Part shown: positions 50,245 to 60,433 of the stretch, one piece after another
How the letters are laid out: each line of letters starts with the position of its first letter
Numbering within the stretch: the stretch's first letter is position 1
Assembly (NCBI GenBank): GCA_963727505.1
Contig: CAVSGP010000009.1
Location: forward strand, 1-64,000
DNA from: an uncultured Trueperaceae bacterium
Lineage (GTDB): Bacteria; Deinococcota; Deinococci; Deinococcales; Trueperaceae
DNA length: 64,000 bases
Reading direction: 5' to 3'
Position numbers and translations under genes: made by a program
Notes under the pieces: generated by a model
The model's input: the letters and a program-made list of their open reading frames with translations, nothing else
Database searches by the model: none
Told to the model about the DNA's origin: nothing

Positions 50245-52251
50245 TCAGGCCGCGCGCTCCGCCGGACCCCGGAACTGCTCCTGGTACAGGGCCGCGTAGG
50301 CGCCGTCCGCGGCGATGAGCGCGTCGTGGGAGCCCTGCTCCACGATGCGCCCGTCCTCCATGACGAGGATGACGTCGGCATCGCGGATGGTGGACAGTCG
50401 GTGGGCGATGACGAAGCTCGTGCGATTCCCGCGCAGCGCGTTCATCGCCTCCTGGACGAGGAGCTCGGTGCGGGTGTCGACGGAGCTGGTGGCCTCGTCG
50501 AGGACCAGCAAGGGCGGGTCGGCCAGGAACGCCCGCGCGATGGTGATGAGCTGCTTCTCGCCGGCGCTGACGGTGCCTCCCTCGTCGTCGATGATGGTGT
50601 CGTACCCTTCGGGAAGGCTGTGCGTGAAGCGATCGACGAAGGCCGCTCGCGCGGCCGCCAGGATCTCCTCCTCGCTGGCATCGGGCCGGCCGTAGGCGAT
50701 GTTGTCGCGGATCGTGCCACGGAACAGCCAGGTGTCCTGCAGGACCATCCCGATACGGGAGCGCAGGTCGTCGCGCCGCACCTCGGTGATGTCGATGCCG
50801 TCGATGGTGATGCGCCCTGCGTCGAGCTCGTAGAACCGCATCAACAGGTTGACGAGCGTGGTCTTGCCCGCGCCCGTGGGCCCCACGATCGCCACGGTCT
50901 GGCCCGGCTCGGCGGTCAACGACAGGTCCTCGATGAGGGGGCGGTCGGGGTCGTAGCGGAAGCCGACGTGCTCGAAGCGCACGTGCCCGCGCGGCACGGC
51001 GGGCAGGGTCGCGCCCGCCGCTTCGGGCCGTTGCTCCTCGGCGTCGAGCAGCTCGAACACCCGCTCCGCCGAGGCGACGCCCGACTGCAGCAGGTTCACC
51101 ATCGAGGCGACCTGCGTCACGGGCTGCGTGAAGCGGCGCGTGTACTGGATGAAGGCCTGCACGTCGCCCAGGCTGATGGTCCCGCTGGCGACCTTGAGTC
51201 CCCCCAGCACCGCGATGGCGCCGTAGTTGAGGTTGCCGATGAACATGGTGACGGGCATGATCAGGCCGGACAGGAACTGCGCCCGGAAGCTGGCCTGGTA
51301 GAGAGCCTCGTTCTCGACCTCGAACGCCTCCTGGACGTCCTTCTGGCGCCCGAAGACCTTCACCAGTGCGTGTCCCGTGTAGGCCTCCTCGACCTGCGCG
51401 TTGAGGGTGCCGGTGCGCCTCCACTGCGCGATGAACTGCTTCCCCGAGCGGCGCATGATGAGCCCGGCCAGCACCATGGTGAGCGGGATGGTGACCAGAG
51501 CCACCAGCGCCAGCAGCGGCGAGATGGCGAGCATCATGATCACCACGAAGACGATGGTGAGTAGCGAGGTCAGGAGCTGGCTCATCGTCTGCTGCAGGCT
51601 TTGCGACACGTTGTCGATGTCGTTGGTGACCCGGCTCAGCAGCTCGCCGCGGGGCTGGCGGTCGAAGTAGGCGAGCGGCAGGTGGTTGAGCTTGTCCTCG
51701 ACCTGTTCGCGCATGCGATACACCGTCGCCTGCACCACGTCGTTGAGCACATAGCCTTGGAGGAACTGCAGCAGTACCGAGCCGAGATAGATGGCCAGCA
51801 CCAGCAGCAGCACGTGCCCGAGCGCGGTGAAGTCGACGCCGCGGCCGGGGACCAGATCGATGCCCGACAGCAGGTCGGCCATCTTGCCCTGGCCGGCGGC
51901 GCGCGCGGCGGCGATGGCCTGCGCCTTGGTCATGCCGGCAGGGAGGCGCTGGCCGATCACGCCGGCGAAGAGCAGGTCGGTGGCACGGCCCAGCACGCGG
52001 GGGCCGATAGCGGTGAGGGCTACGGAGACCATGGCGGTCAGCACCACAGCGATCACCCTCACGCGTTCCGGGCGCAGCCTGTCCGCCAGTCGGCGGAGAG
52101 ACGGCCCGAAATTCTGCGCCTTCTGTCCGACCATGCCCGGCGGCCCGTGGCCGGGGCCGCCTCCGACGCGCACCCGTTCGGTGGACTTCATGACCTTCGG
52201 GGCACCGCCGGGCTGCGCGGGCGATGGGCCGTCGCCGGGCGGCCGTCTCAT
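50245..52251 (-). CDS. Heterodimeric ABC exporter subunit (TMD+NBD)
   Basis: [24 protein letters not shown] and IAHRL. Confidence 0.93.
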   Translation of the reverse strand: MRRPPGDGPSPAQPGGAPKVMKSTERVRVGGGPGHGPPGMVGQKAQNFGPSLRRLADRLRPERVRVIAVVLTAMVSVALTAIGPRVLGRATDLLFAGVIGQRLPAGMTKAQAIAAARAAGQGKMADLLSGIDLVPGRGVDFTALGHVLLLVLAIYLGSVLLQFLQGYVLNDVVQATVYRMREQVEDKLNHLPLAYFDRQPRGELLSRVTNDIDNVSQSLQQTMSQLLTSLLTIVFVVIMMLAISPLLALVALVTIPLTMVLAGLIMRRSGKQFIAQWRRTGTLNAQVEEAYTGHALVKVFGRQKDVQEAFEVENEALYQASFRAQFLSGLIMPVTMFIGNLNYGAIAVLGGLKVASGTISLGDVQAFIQYTRRFTQPVTQVASMVNLLQSGVASAERVFELLDAEEQRPEAAGATLPAVPRGHVRFEHVGFRYDPDRPLIEDLSLTAEPGQTVAIVGPTGAGKTTLVNLLMRFYELDAGRITIDGIDITEVRRDDLRSRIGMVLQDTWLFRGTIRDNIAYGRPDASEEEILAAARAAFVDRFTHSLPEGYDTIIDDEGGTVSAGEKQLITIARAFLADPPLLVLDEATSSVDTRTELLVQEAMNALRGNRTSFVIAHRLSTIRDADVILVMEDGRIVEQGSHDALIAADGAYAALYQEQFRGPAERAA

Positions 52252-53975
52252 GCGGCGGCCTGCCGTTGCGACTCGACGATCTCGCGATAGGTCTCGGAGG
52301 AGGCCAGCAATTCGTCGTGACGCCCGCGCCCCACCACGCGGCCGTCTTCGAGCACGACGATCTGGTCGGCGTCGATGATGGTCGCCACGCGCTGCGCCAC
52401 GATCACCACCGTGGCGTGGCGCGTCACGGGTGCCAGGGCGCGGCGCAAACGCGCGTCGGTCGCGACGTCGAGCGCCGAGAAGGAGTCGTCGAAGAGGTAG
52501 ACCTCGGGGTTGCGGATGAGGGCGCGCGCGATGGCGAGGCGCTGCCGCTGACCGCCGGAAACGTTGGTGCCGCCCTGGGCGATGGGCGCCTCGAGCCCGC
52601 CGTCCATGGCCTCGACGAAGTCACGAGCCTGCGCGATCTCGAGGGCGCGCCACATCTCGTCCTCGCTGGCGTCGGGCTTGCCGAAGCGCAGGTTGCTGGC
52701 CACCGTTCCGGTGAACAGGTAGCCCTTCTGGGGCACCAGCCCGATGCGCGACCACAGCGCCTCGGGCTCGTAGTCGCGGACGTCGATGCCGTCGATGAGC
52801 ACGCGGCCCTCGGTGGCGTCGAAGAGGCGGGGGATGAGGTTGAGCAGCGTGGTCTTGCCCGCCCCTGTGGACCCGATGATCGCCACCGTTTGCCCCGGCG
52901 CGGCGTCGAGATCGACCTCGGCGAGCACGGGATGGCTGGCGCCCGGGTACTGGAAGCCAACGGCGCTGAGCTGGAGGTGGCCACGCTCGGGTGCCAGCGA
53001 GGCGCCGTGGGCAGGGGGGACCACGGTGGGCTCGGTCGCGAGCGTTTCGCCGATGCGGTCGGCCGACACCGCCGCGCGCGGCAGGATCACGAGCATGAAC
53101 GTCGACATCATTACGGCCATCAGGATCTGCATGAGGTAGCTCAGGAAGGCTGTCATGGAGCCGATCTCCATCGCGCCGGAGGCGACGCGCAGGCCCCCGA
53201 ACCACAGCACAGCGACGCTGGAGACGTTGGTCACCAGCATCACCAGCGGGAACATCAACGCCATCCAACGTCCGACGTAGAGCGTGACGTCGGTGAGCTC
53301 GCGGTTGGCCCGATCGAAGCGGGCGCGTTCGACGCTCTCGCGCACGAAAGCCCGGATCACGCGGATGCCGCCGATCTGCTCGCGCAGGACCTCGTTGATG
53401 CGGTCGATGCGCTTCTGCATGCTACGGAACCCGGGCACCATGCGCGAGATGACGAAGCCCACCAGCCCGGCCAGCACGGGCACCGCCACCGCCACCAGCC
53501 AGGCCAGCCCCACGTCCTGGCGTAGCGCCATGATCACGCCGCCCACCATCATGATGGGCGCGACGATCAGCATCGTGAACGCCATCATCAGCATCATCTG
53601 GACCTGCTGCACGTCGTTGGTGCTGCGGGTGAGGAGCGAGGGCGCACCGAAGTGCGCCATCTCACGGCTCGAGAACGCCCCGACGTGGCGGAAGATGCCC
53701 GAGCGCAGGTCGCGGCCGAACGCCATGGCCGTCCGCGCTCCGAGGTAGACGGCGCCGATCGTGCAGACGATCTGCAGCAGCGAGACCGCCAGCATCCAGC
53801 CGCCCTCGCGCACGATGTAGCCGGTGTCCCCGGTGACGACGCCGTTGTCGATGATGGCCGCGTTGATGCTCGGCAGGGTGAGGGAGGCGAGCGTACCTAC
53901 GAGCTGCAACGCGACGATGGCCGCGATCGCCCAGCGGTAGGGGCGGGTGAACCTATTCAGCAGCTTCAGAAGCAT
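52248..53975 (-). CDS. Heterodimeric ABC exporter subunit (degenerate site)
   Basis: [24 protein letters not shown] and VAQR (Glu->Asp and His->Gln degenerate NBD). Confidence 0.93.
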   Translation of the reverse strand: MLLKLLNRFTRPYRWAIAAIVALQLVGTLASLTLPSINAAIIDNGVVTGDTGYIVREGGWMLAVSLLQIVCTIGAVYLGARTAMAFGRDLRSGIFRHVGAFSSREMAHFGAPSLLTRSTNDVQQVQMMLMMAFTMLIVAPIMMVGGVIMALRQDVGLAWLVAVAVPVLAGLVGFVISRMVPGFRSMQKRIDRINEVLREQIGGIRVIRAFVRESVERARFDRANRELTDVTLYVGRWMALMFPLVMLVTNVSSVAVLWFGGLRVASGAMEIGSMTAFLSYLMQILMAVMMSTFMLVILPRAAVSADRIGETLATEPTVVPPAHGASLAPERGHLQLSAVGFQYPGASHPVLAEVDLDAAPGQTVAIIGSTGAGKTTLLNLIPRLFDATEGRVLIDGIDVRDYEPEALWSRIGLVPQKGYLFTGTVASNLRFGKPDASEDEMWRALEIAQARDFVEAMDGGLEAPIAQGGTNVSGGQRQRLAIARALIRNPEVYLFDDSFSALDVATDARLRRALAPVTRHATVVIVAQRVATIIDADQIVVLEDGRVVGRGRHDELLASSETYREIVESQRQAAA

Positions 53976-54477
53976 CGGACGTCTCCCGGCGTCGGTCGGA
54001 GGGCTCCTCCGCATCGTCGGCCCCGTCGCCTTCCTCGGCCAGCTCACGGGTGGCCCTGTTGAGCGCGTTGAGGCCGTTTCGCAGCTGCGTCAGCTCGTCC
54101 TCGTCGAGTCGAGCGAGGCTGCGCTGCAGTCCCGCTCGACTGCGGCTCAGCTTCTCCAGCATCACCTTGCCCTCGGGGGCCAGCTCGACGAGCACCACGC
54201 GCCGGTCGCGCTGGTCGCGAACGCGCCGCACCAGGCCGCGCTCGGCCATGCGCCGGAGCATGCCGGTGGCGCTGGCGGCCGACATGCCCAAGGAGCGCGC
54301 CAGAGCCCCCACGCGTTGGGGCCCGTCGGCCTGCAGCCGCACCAGCACCTGGAGATGTCCCATGCTGGCGACGTCGCGGCGGATCCGGTGGAGGCCGCGC
54401 ATGCCTTGCTCGCGGATGGCCGTGAAGGCGTCGACGACTTCCACGATCAGGCGGTCCTTCGCCTCGGTGTCATTCAT
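53953..54477 (-). CDS. MarR family regulator
   Basis: VGALARSLGMSAASATGMLRRMAERGLVRRVRDQRDRR. Confidence 0.9.
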   Translation of the reverse strand: MNDTEAKDRLIVEVVDAFTAIREQGMRGLHRIRRDVASMGHLQVLVRLQADGPQRVGALARSLGMSAASATGMLRRMAERGLVRRVRDQRDRRVVLVELAPEGKVMLEKLSRSRAGLQRSLARLDEDELTQLRNGLNALNRATRELAEEGDGADDAEEPSDRRRETSDASEAAE

Positions 54478-54508
54478 TTGTGCCGCGTTGATAGTTCGCA
54501 CGACGTTA

Positions 54509-54537
54509 AATGTAGGACCGGAGGGCCCCGTTGTCAA
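54509..54537 (-). promoter_or_regulatory. Sigma70-type promoter TTGACA-N17-TACATT for the marR-ABC operon
   Basis: Minus strand: -35 at 54537-54532, -10 at 54514-54509, exact 17-bp spacer. Confidence 0.75.
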
Positions 54538-54569
54538 CCCCGGTCGTCAACCCCGGTCGTCAACCCCGG
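54533..54569 (+). repeat. 13-bp tandem repeat x~3 (GTCAACCCCGGTC)
   Basis: gtcaaccccggtc gtcaaccccggtc gtcaaccccgg, overlapping the -35 box. Confidence 0.85.
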
Positions 54570-54694
54570 GCCGGCGGGACCCGCACGCGACAGGGTTCCC
54601 TGACGGCCGGAACGCCGCGGTGTCCGCGTCACCGGCAGGATGCGCGCTCACACCTGGCGCGCGTCGGCTGCGACTGCTGCCGCCTGACGTCGGC

Positions 54695-56143
54695 CTACGG
54701 CTCGAGGTTCCGCAGCCAGGCTGCGAGCACGTCACGTCCGGTGAGGACGTCGTTGGCGGTGAGCGGTAGCGGCACGTCCAGCGGCAGGGCATCACCGCGG
54801 CTGATCGCTGGCCGGGTGAAGCGCTTGTACGACACGGTGAACGGCAGGCCCAGCACCGGCGTGCGGAACGACAGGATGTCGCCATAGCCGCCCGGCTCGG
54901 CACCCATCGGTTCGCCGGCCACGCGCGCCAGCCCGTTGTCGCTCAGGATGGTGGCGATCATCCCGGCCGAGCTGAAGGTGGCGCCGTTGGTCAGCACGAT
55001 CAGCGACCCCGTGAAGATCGGCGGGGAGGGCGGCACGGCCGTGAGGGCGCCGGGCTCCTGCATCACCAGCAGCTCGCCGTCGGTGGACGATGCACCTGCG
55101 ATCAGGGCCTGACGGGTGGTGCCTCGCTGGTCGACGACAACCTGCGAGGGTCGGACGATTTCGCCGTAGTTGTGGACGGCACGCGCCGGCAGGTGTTGCA
55201 GCCACGGTGTGGCTACGTTGGAGTTGCCGCCGCCATCGAACTGAAGATCGAGCACGATGCGGCGTAGGCCGCGATCGTGCACCGCCTGGAAGAAGGCGTC
55301 TACCGCGTCACGATACGCGGGCGAATCGACGCACGAGAGCAACCAGAACAGGCCCGTGCCCGACGCCTCGTCGATGCGCCACAGGTAGGTGCTGCCGCGT
55401 GCCCAGTCCTCGCCGAGGCCTACCGCGCGCTGCAGGCGCGCTTGGAGAGGCGCCGTGCGACCCCGCACGGCGGCGATCGGGACCAGCGGGACGCGGGCTC
55501 GGGTCGCGGTCCCGTCGCTGCCGCGCACGGTGATCTCGACGCCGTCGGCGTCGCTCGCATCGACCAGGCCGAGCCATCGGAGCACCGGTTCGGCCCCGAC
55601 CATCTGGGCGCTGCGATAGCGCACCCAGCCGGCGGGCCCGGGGACGAGCGCGGCCATGCGCTGCTGCAGGGTGTCAGGCGTCAGGGTTCCCAGCCGGACC
55701 ACGCGGGCCACATCGGGAAGATCCAGGTCCGAGCCGTCGAGCGGGGAGACGAGCAACGCGTCCGAGGTGGCGAAGAACACCAGCGGGAGCACGCGTTGGG
55801 CGGCTGCCTGGGGGGCCGCAGTGGTGTGCGCGTCGCCCAGCGACGCGAGCAGGCGCTGCAGCGCCACGGCGACCGCGTCGGCGCTGGGATGGTCCCCGAG
55901 GCCGGCCTGTTGCTCGGCGAGGGCGCGTTCGAAGGCGGCTCTGGCGGCCGGCCGGGTCAGGGCCGGATGAACCTCCAGCACACGATCGGCGGCGTAGCGC
56001 AGCTCCGCGCGCGCCGGCGCAGGGTCGAGCGGACCGGCCGCGGTAGGCGCGGACTGGGCCCCGGCGAGCGGGAGCAGCAGGGTCAGGACCGAGATCGCGG
56101 CCAGGACCGGCCGAGCCGGACTCGGGATGCGGTTCACGTGCAT
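54695..56143 (-). CDS. Secreted S41-family peptidase
   Basis: GAGGAGG SD; signal peptide; LGDAHT, VLDLQFDGGGN, TFSSA and GEPMG. Confidence 0.8.
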   Translation of the reverse strand: MHVNRIPSPARPVLAAISVLTLLLPLAGAQSAPTAAGPLDPAPARAELRYAADRVLEVHPALTRPAARAAFERALAEQQAGLGDHPSADAVAVALQRLLASLGDAHTTAAPQAAAQRVLPLVFFATSDALLVSPLDGSDLDLPDVARVVRLGTLTPDTLQQRMAALVPGPAGWVRYRSAQMVGAEPVLRWLGLVDASDADGVEITVRGSDGTATRARVPLVPIAAVRGRTAPLQARLQRAVGLGEDWARGSTYLWRIDEASGTGLFWLLSCVDSPAYRDAVDAFFQAVHDRGLRRIVLDLQFDGGGNSNVATPWLQHLPARAVHNYGEIVRPSQVVVDQRGTTRQALIAGASSTDGELLVMQEPGALTAVPPSPPIFTGSLIVLTNGATFSSAGMIATILSDNGLARVAGEPMGAEPGGYGDILSFRTPVLGLPFTVSYKRFTRPAISRGDALPLDVPLPLTANDVLTGRDVLAAWLRNLEP

Positions 56144-56350
56144 GGGGCGCCTCCTCGTCGCGCGGTGTTCGAGATCAGCCTCGTGGATTCGGTCGACGTC
56201 CGTGTCCTGGACAGCATCGACCGCTCTCGTGGGAGAAATGCCGACGCGGCCTGCGACCCCGGCGGCGGGGGTGCGGGACGTTCGGCCCTTGGGCCGGTCG
56301 GCACCGGCGCCCACACTGCCAGCGGGGCTACCTGGAAGGCGGGAGGTTCG

Positions 56351-57256
56351 ATGGCGACGACGGGGATGGACACGGACCGGACACATGCGAGGGCCCGTGA
56401 GCATGGGCTCCTGACGGCCGAACGCGGCACCGGATTCGCCTTCGGGATCGGCGCGATCGTCCTGGGACTGGGTACGGCGTTGGTGGCGCTGCTCGGCCCG
56501 CTGGGAGTGGGCGTGATCCGCTACCACGCGTCGGCGGGGGCGGTGAACCAGATCCTGGGCGGGGACGTTGCAGGACTGCTGCTCGTGGCCCCGATCGCGA
56601 TCGTCGCGGGCGTCCTGGCGCTGCGGCGGAACCCGGCGGGGCCGGTGCTGGCGCTCGGGCCGGCCGCCTACGTCCTGTACACGGAGGTCCAACTCGCTCT
56701 GGGCGGGGACTTTGTGCGCTACCCGGGCAGCAGCGAGCGCTTCTTCCTGCTGTTCCTCGCCCTGTTCGTGCTCGCCGGGGCGCTCCTGGTGAGCGCCTGG
56801 ACGGGCCTCGACGCCGCACGGCTGCCGGCGTTCTCGCGCCGCTTCACGCGCTTCGTGGCGGGATTCTTGCTGGTGATCGCGGCTTTCCTGGCCGTCGGGC
56901 TGCACCTGCCCGGACTGATCGCTTCGTTCGCGGCGCAGTCGCCGGGGGGCGCGAGCCTGCCGGACCCCGCCGTGTTCTGGCTGGTGAAGTTCATGGACCT
57001 GGGCGTGATCGTCCCGGTGCTGGTGGCGGTCGCCGTCGGTCTGCTGCAGCAGCGGGGCTGGGCGTACAAGGCGATGGTCGCCGTCGTCGGCTGGATCGCG
57101 TGCCTGGGCTCTGCCGTCGCGGGCATGGCGATCGTGATGCAGGTGACCGGAGACCCCGAGGCCGCGATCGGGAACGTGGTGGCCTTCGGTCTGTTCGCGG
57201 TGGTAGGGCTGGCGATCGCCGTCGGCGTGTACCGTCCGCTGTTCGGTGTGCGCTAG
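56351..57256 (+). CDS. Multi-pass membrane protein of unknown function
   Basis: GGAGG SD; about 8 hydrophobic segments; GGDVAGL and VKFMDLG. Confidence 0.75.
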   Translation: MATTGMDTDRTHARAREHGLLTAERGTGFAFGIGAIVLGLGTALVALLGPLGVGVIRYHASAGAVNQILGGDVAGLLLVAPIAIVAGVLALRRNPAGPVLALGPAAYVLYTEVQLALGGDFVRYPGSSERFFLLFLALFVLAGALLVSAWTGLDAARLPAFSRRFTRFVAGFLLVIAAFLAVGLHLPGLIASFAAQSPGGASLPDPAVFWLVKFMDLGVIVPVLVAVAVGLLQQRGWAYKAMVAVVGWIACLGSAVAGMAIVMQVTGDPEAAIGNVVAFGLFAVVGLAIAVGVYRPLFGVR

Positions 57257-57774
57257 GTCCCGCGGCGCAACGCCAGCCAGCGCGCGTCCGCCAGGACCAC
57301 CGAGGCCTCCCGCTGGCGTGGCGGAACGGTCCAGTAGCGACGCAGGAGGCGCTCTGCGTCGGCTTCGGCCAGGAGCGAGAAGCCGTGGCGCTGGTAGAAG
57401 CGCAGGGCCCAGACGGCGGCGCGCCAGGTACCGACGAGCATCGGACGTTCCGTGCGCTCCCGGAGGTAGGTGAGCAGGGCGGTCCCGTGCCCGCGTCGCT
57501 GCTGCGCCGGGAGGACGTAGGCGTGTCGGATCAGGGCGACATCGCCCACGAGCTGCAACCCCATCGCCGCGACGACGCGCCCGGCCTGCTCGAGCACCCA
57601 GAACCTCACGTCGTCATCGATCTCCCGGAGGAGTTCGCCGAGCGCCATGTAGGGTTCGTGCCAGCAGTCGGGCGGGATCACGCCCCGGTAGGCCGCGGCG
57701 GCCTCCTCGATGAGGGCGGCGACAGCGCCGCTCTCATCGGGTCGGGCTCGGCGGATCTGGGAGGGGATCGTCAC
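57253..57774 (-). CDS. GNAT acetyltransferase
   Basis: AYRGVIPPDCWHEPYM, RHAYV...QRRGHG and RFYQRHGF. Confidence 0.88.
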   Translation of the reverse strand: MTIPSQIRRARPDESGAVAALIEEAAAAYRGVIPPDCWHEPYMALGELLREIDDDVRFWVLEQAGRVVAAMGLQLVGDVALIRHAYVLPAQQRRGHGTALLTYLRERTERPMLVGTWRAAVWALRFYQRHGFSLLAEADAERLLRRYWTVPPRQREASVVLADARWLALRRGT

Positions 57775-57937
57775 GGCGGGGTGCCGCCTTCCAGGGCTCC
57801 TCAGTCGCAGACCCGTGGTGGGGACGGCCGCTGACGAGGGCGTGATGCCCGATTCTAGCGGGCCCGGGGGCCGCGTTCGTGGCGCAACAGCGCCGAGCGC
57901 GACGCTTCCTAATCGCGGCTCATCGTCCCCCCGTAGC

Positions 57938-60286
57938 ATGGAGCACGTGAAGATCGTCCAGGGGCTCCTGCTGCTGGCGCTCACGGCAGTGCTGTCCCTG
58001 GCGGCCCTTCTCGGGTCGTCGGCGCTGCACTGGGCGCAGAACCTGCCGTCGCTCGCGCCGGTGGAGGCCCTCCAGTACACCTCGAACTCCACCGTGTTCG
58101 CTCGTGACGGCACGCGTATCGGCACCCTGGTGCCTGCGATCGGCAAGAGCAAGGAACCGGTCAACCGCGTTCCGGTCACGCTGAGCCAGGTCTCGCCTGC
58201 CGCCCTGGAGGCGCTGGTGGCGTCCGAGGACGACCAGTTCTTCCACGAGTACGGCTTCAGCCCGTCCGGCATCGCCAAGGCCGTCTACCAGGAGATCATC
58301 GGACGGTCCAGGCGCGGTGGCTCGACCATCACCACCGAGCTCGTGAAGAACACCGTGCTGCGCGACATAGCCGACGAGCGTTCGCTGAACCGCAAGGTCA
58401 AGGAGTTCCTGCTCGCCGTCCAGCTGGAGCAGCGCCTGACCAAGCGCGAGATCCTGCAGCGCTACGTCAACGTGGTGTTCTGGGGCGGCAACGTCTACGG
58501 CATCCGGGAGGCGTCGCAGGCCTACTTCGGCCTCGATCCGATCCAGCTCAACCTGGCGCAGGGTCTCTACCTGGCGGTCCTGGTGCCGGCGCCGAACGCC
58601 ATGCACGGTGACTTCACCGCCGCGCGCGCCGGCATGAAGACGGTGCTCGACAAGATGGTGCGCCGCGGGACGATCTCGGAAGCGGCCGCCCAGCGAGCGT
58701 GGGACTACCGGCTCGAGCCCCGAGGCTGGCAGGTCGCCTACGACGGTCACGGTAACGTCGTGAAGGCCACGCGCACCGGCTCGGCCGTGAAGGTGGCATC
58801 GAGCATCGACACCGGTCTCTCCCGCGGCGTCATGCTGGCGGTCCGTGACTGGCTGGTGAAGCGCTACGGCGCGAGCGTGGTGTTCGGCAGCGGCGGGCTG
58901 AACGTCTACACCACCTTCGACGTGCAGGCGCAGAAGGCGGCGATGGCAGCCAGCCGCGAGACTCCTGTTCCCGGCGGCGCGCAGATGGCCATCGTGGGCA
59001 TCGATCCCAAGAGCGGCGGGGTGCTGGCGATGGTGGGCCAGAAGCTGGGGACGGGCCGCAAGCAGCAGGACTTCAACCGCGCCATCCAGGCCTACCGGCA
59101 ACCAGGATCGTCGTTCAAGCCCATCGTCTATGCCACCGGCATCCAGGAAGGTGCGCTGAACGAGGCCAGCATCCTGGTCGACGACCCCACCACGTTCAAG
59201 GTCAACGGCAAGGCCGACTACACGCCCAAGGAGTGGGACAAGTCCTACGAGGGGTACGAGACGGCGCGGCTGGCGCTCGACAGGAGCCGCAACATCCCGG
59301 CGGTGAAGGCGCTGCAGGAGGCCACGGCGCAGGCGGTGGCGGCGAAGGCGACGATGCTTGGCTACGACGTGAAGCCCTACCTGGGCATGGCGCTCGGCAG
59401 CTTCGTGGTCACACCCCTGCAACATGCCGCGGCGATCGCCGCCTTCGCCAACGGCGGTGTGTACACCGCGCCCTACTTCGTTCGGAAGGTGGTCGACGCC
59501 AGCGGCCACGTCCTCTACCAGGCACACCCGCGTCGTACGCGGGTGTGGAGTCCGCAGACCGCCTACATCGCTCTGGACATGATGCACGGCACGGTCGAGG
59601 ATCGAAAGCCCTACTGGGCGCTGTCCTGGCGCGCGAACGTGCCGGGGCGCTGGATCGCGGGGAAGACCGGTACCACCGACAAGGAGCGCGACATCTGGTT
59701 CGTGGGCGCGACACCAGGCCTGGTCGCCACCGTGTGGATCGGCAACGATGACGACACGCCCATGCCCAGGCACATGACATTGGCCGACGGTAGCAGCCAG
59801 CTGGTGACCAGCTCGCAGCAACCCATCTTCGCCTTCAACCGCTTCGTGAGCGCAGCGTTGCGGGGGCACGCGAGCGATCCGAACGGATTCCCGGTGCCGG
59901 CAGGCATCGTCTTCCGCCCCATCGATCTGAAGACGGGGGCGCCCGATCCGGCCGGTACCAAGGCCGCGTTCCGATCCGGCCCGGCGCTGCGCGGCCGCTC
60001 CTTGCTCGGGGGTGGAACGCTGCGCGTCGCGGTGGACGAAGCGACCGGCCTGCGCGCGACGGCCGCGACCCCGCCCGACCGGATCCGGGTGATCTCGGTC
60101 GACCCCAAGAACGTCGATCAACTCTTCCCTGGCAGCGGTGCAGTAGGACCTGCGGCGGGACCTGCGGCAAGATCCACGGACGCTGCTACGTCGCGTCCCG
60201 CGACCGGTCCTGCGACCGGTTCCTGTGACGGGTCCGGCGGCACGCGCCTCGGGGACGGCGGACGCGCGGCCCTAGCGCGGCCGTAG
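57938..60286 (+). CDS. Class A penicillin-binding protein (PBP1A)
   Basis: Transglycosylase SEDDQF, GGSTIT and RKVKE; transpeptidase SSFK, SRN and KTG. Confidence 0.93.
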   Translation: MEHVKIVQGLLLLALTAVLSLAALLGSSALHWAQNLPSLAPVEALQYTSNSTVFARDGTRIGTLVPAIGKSKEPVNRVPVTLSQVSPAALEALVASEDDQFFHEYGFSPSGIAKAVYQEIIGRSRRGGSTITTELVKNTVLRDIADERSLNRKVKEFLLAVQLEQRLTKREILQRYVNVVFWGGNVYGIREASQAYFGLDPIQLNLAQGLYLAVLVPAPNAMHGDFTAARAGMKTVLDKMVRRGTISEAAAQRAWDYRLEPRGWQVAYDGHGNVVKATRTGSAVKVASSIDTGLSRGVMLAVRDWLVKRYGASVVFGSGGLNVYTTFDVQAQKAAMAASRETPVPGGAQMAIVGIDPKSGGVLAMVGQKLGTGRKQQDFNRAIQAYRQPGSSFKPIVYATGIQEGALNEASILVDDPTTFKVNGKADYTPKEWDKSYEGYETARLALDRSRNIPAVKALQEATAQAVAAKATMLGYDVKPYLGMALGSFVVTPLQHAAAIAAFANGGVYTAPYFVRKVVDASGHVLYQAHPRRTRVWSPQTAYIALDMMHGTVEDRKPYWALSWRANVPGRWIAGKTGTTDKERDIWFVGATPGLVATVWIGNDDDTPMPRHMTLADGSSQLVTSSQQPIFAFNRFVSAALRGHASDPNGFPVPAGIVFRPIDLKTGAPDPAGTKAAFRSGPALRGRSLLGGGTLRVAVDEATGLRATAATPPDRIRVISVDPKNVDQLFPGSGAVGPAAGPAARSTDAATSRPATGPATGSCDGSGGTRLGDGGRAALARP

Positions 60287-60433
60287 CGCGGCCGCGCCGG
60301 GACATTCGACCCTGCGGCGGCCCCGAGGGGCGTGTTGTGCTCGGGGCGTGGATACCCCAGCCCCGCGATCAGGATTGTTCTTCGCGCAGGGCGGGCGGAA
60401 GGGTGCCCGCAGGAACCGGCCCCGAGGCCCCAC

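Noticed and set aside
50245..53975. ABC exporter as the NdvA/ChvA cyclic-glucan exporter
   Set aside because: It is a MarR-linked heterodimeric multidrug-type pair 14 kb away; NdvA is a homodimer.
60140..60230. Short repeats at the PBP1A 3' end
   Set aside because: Low-complexity Ala/Gly/Pro/Thr tail, common in class A PBPs.
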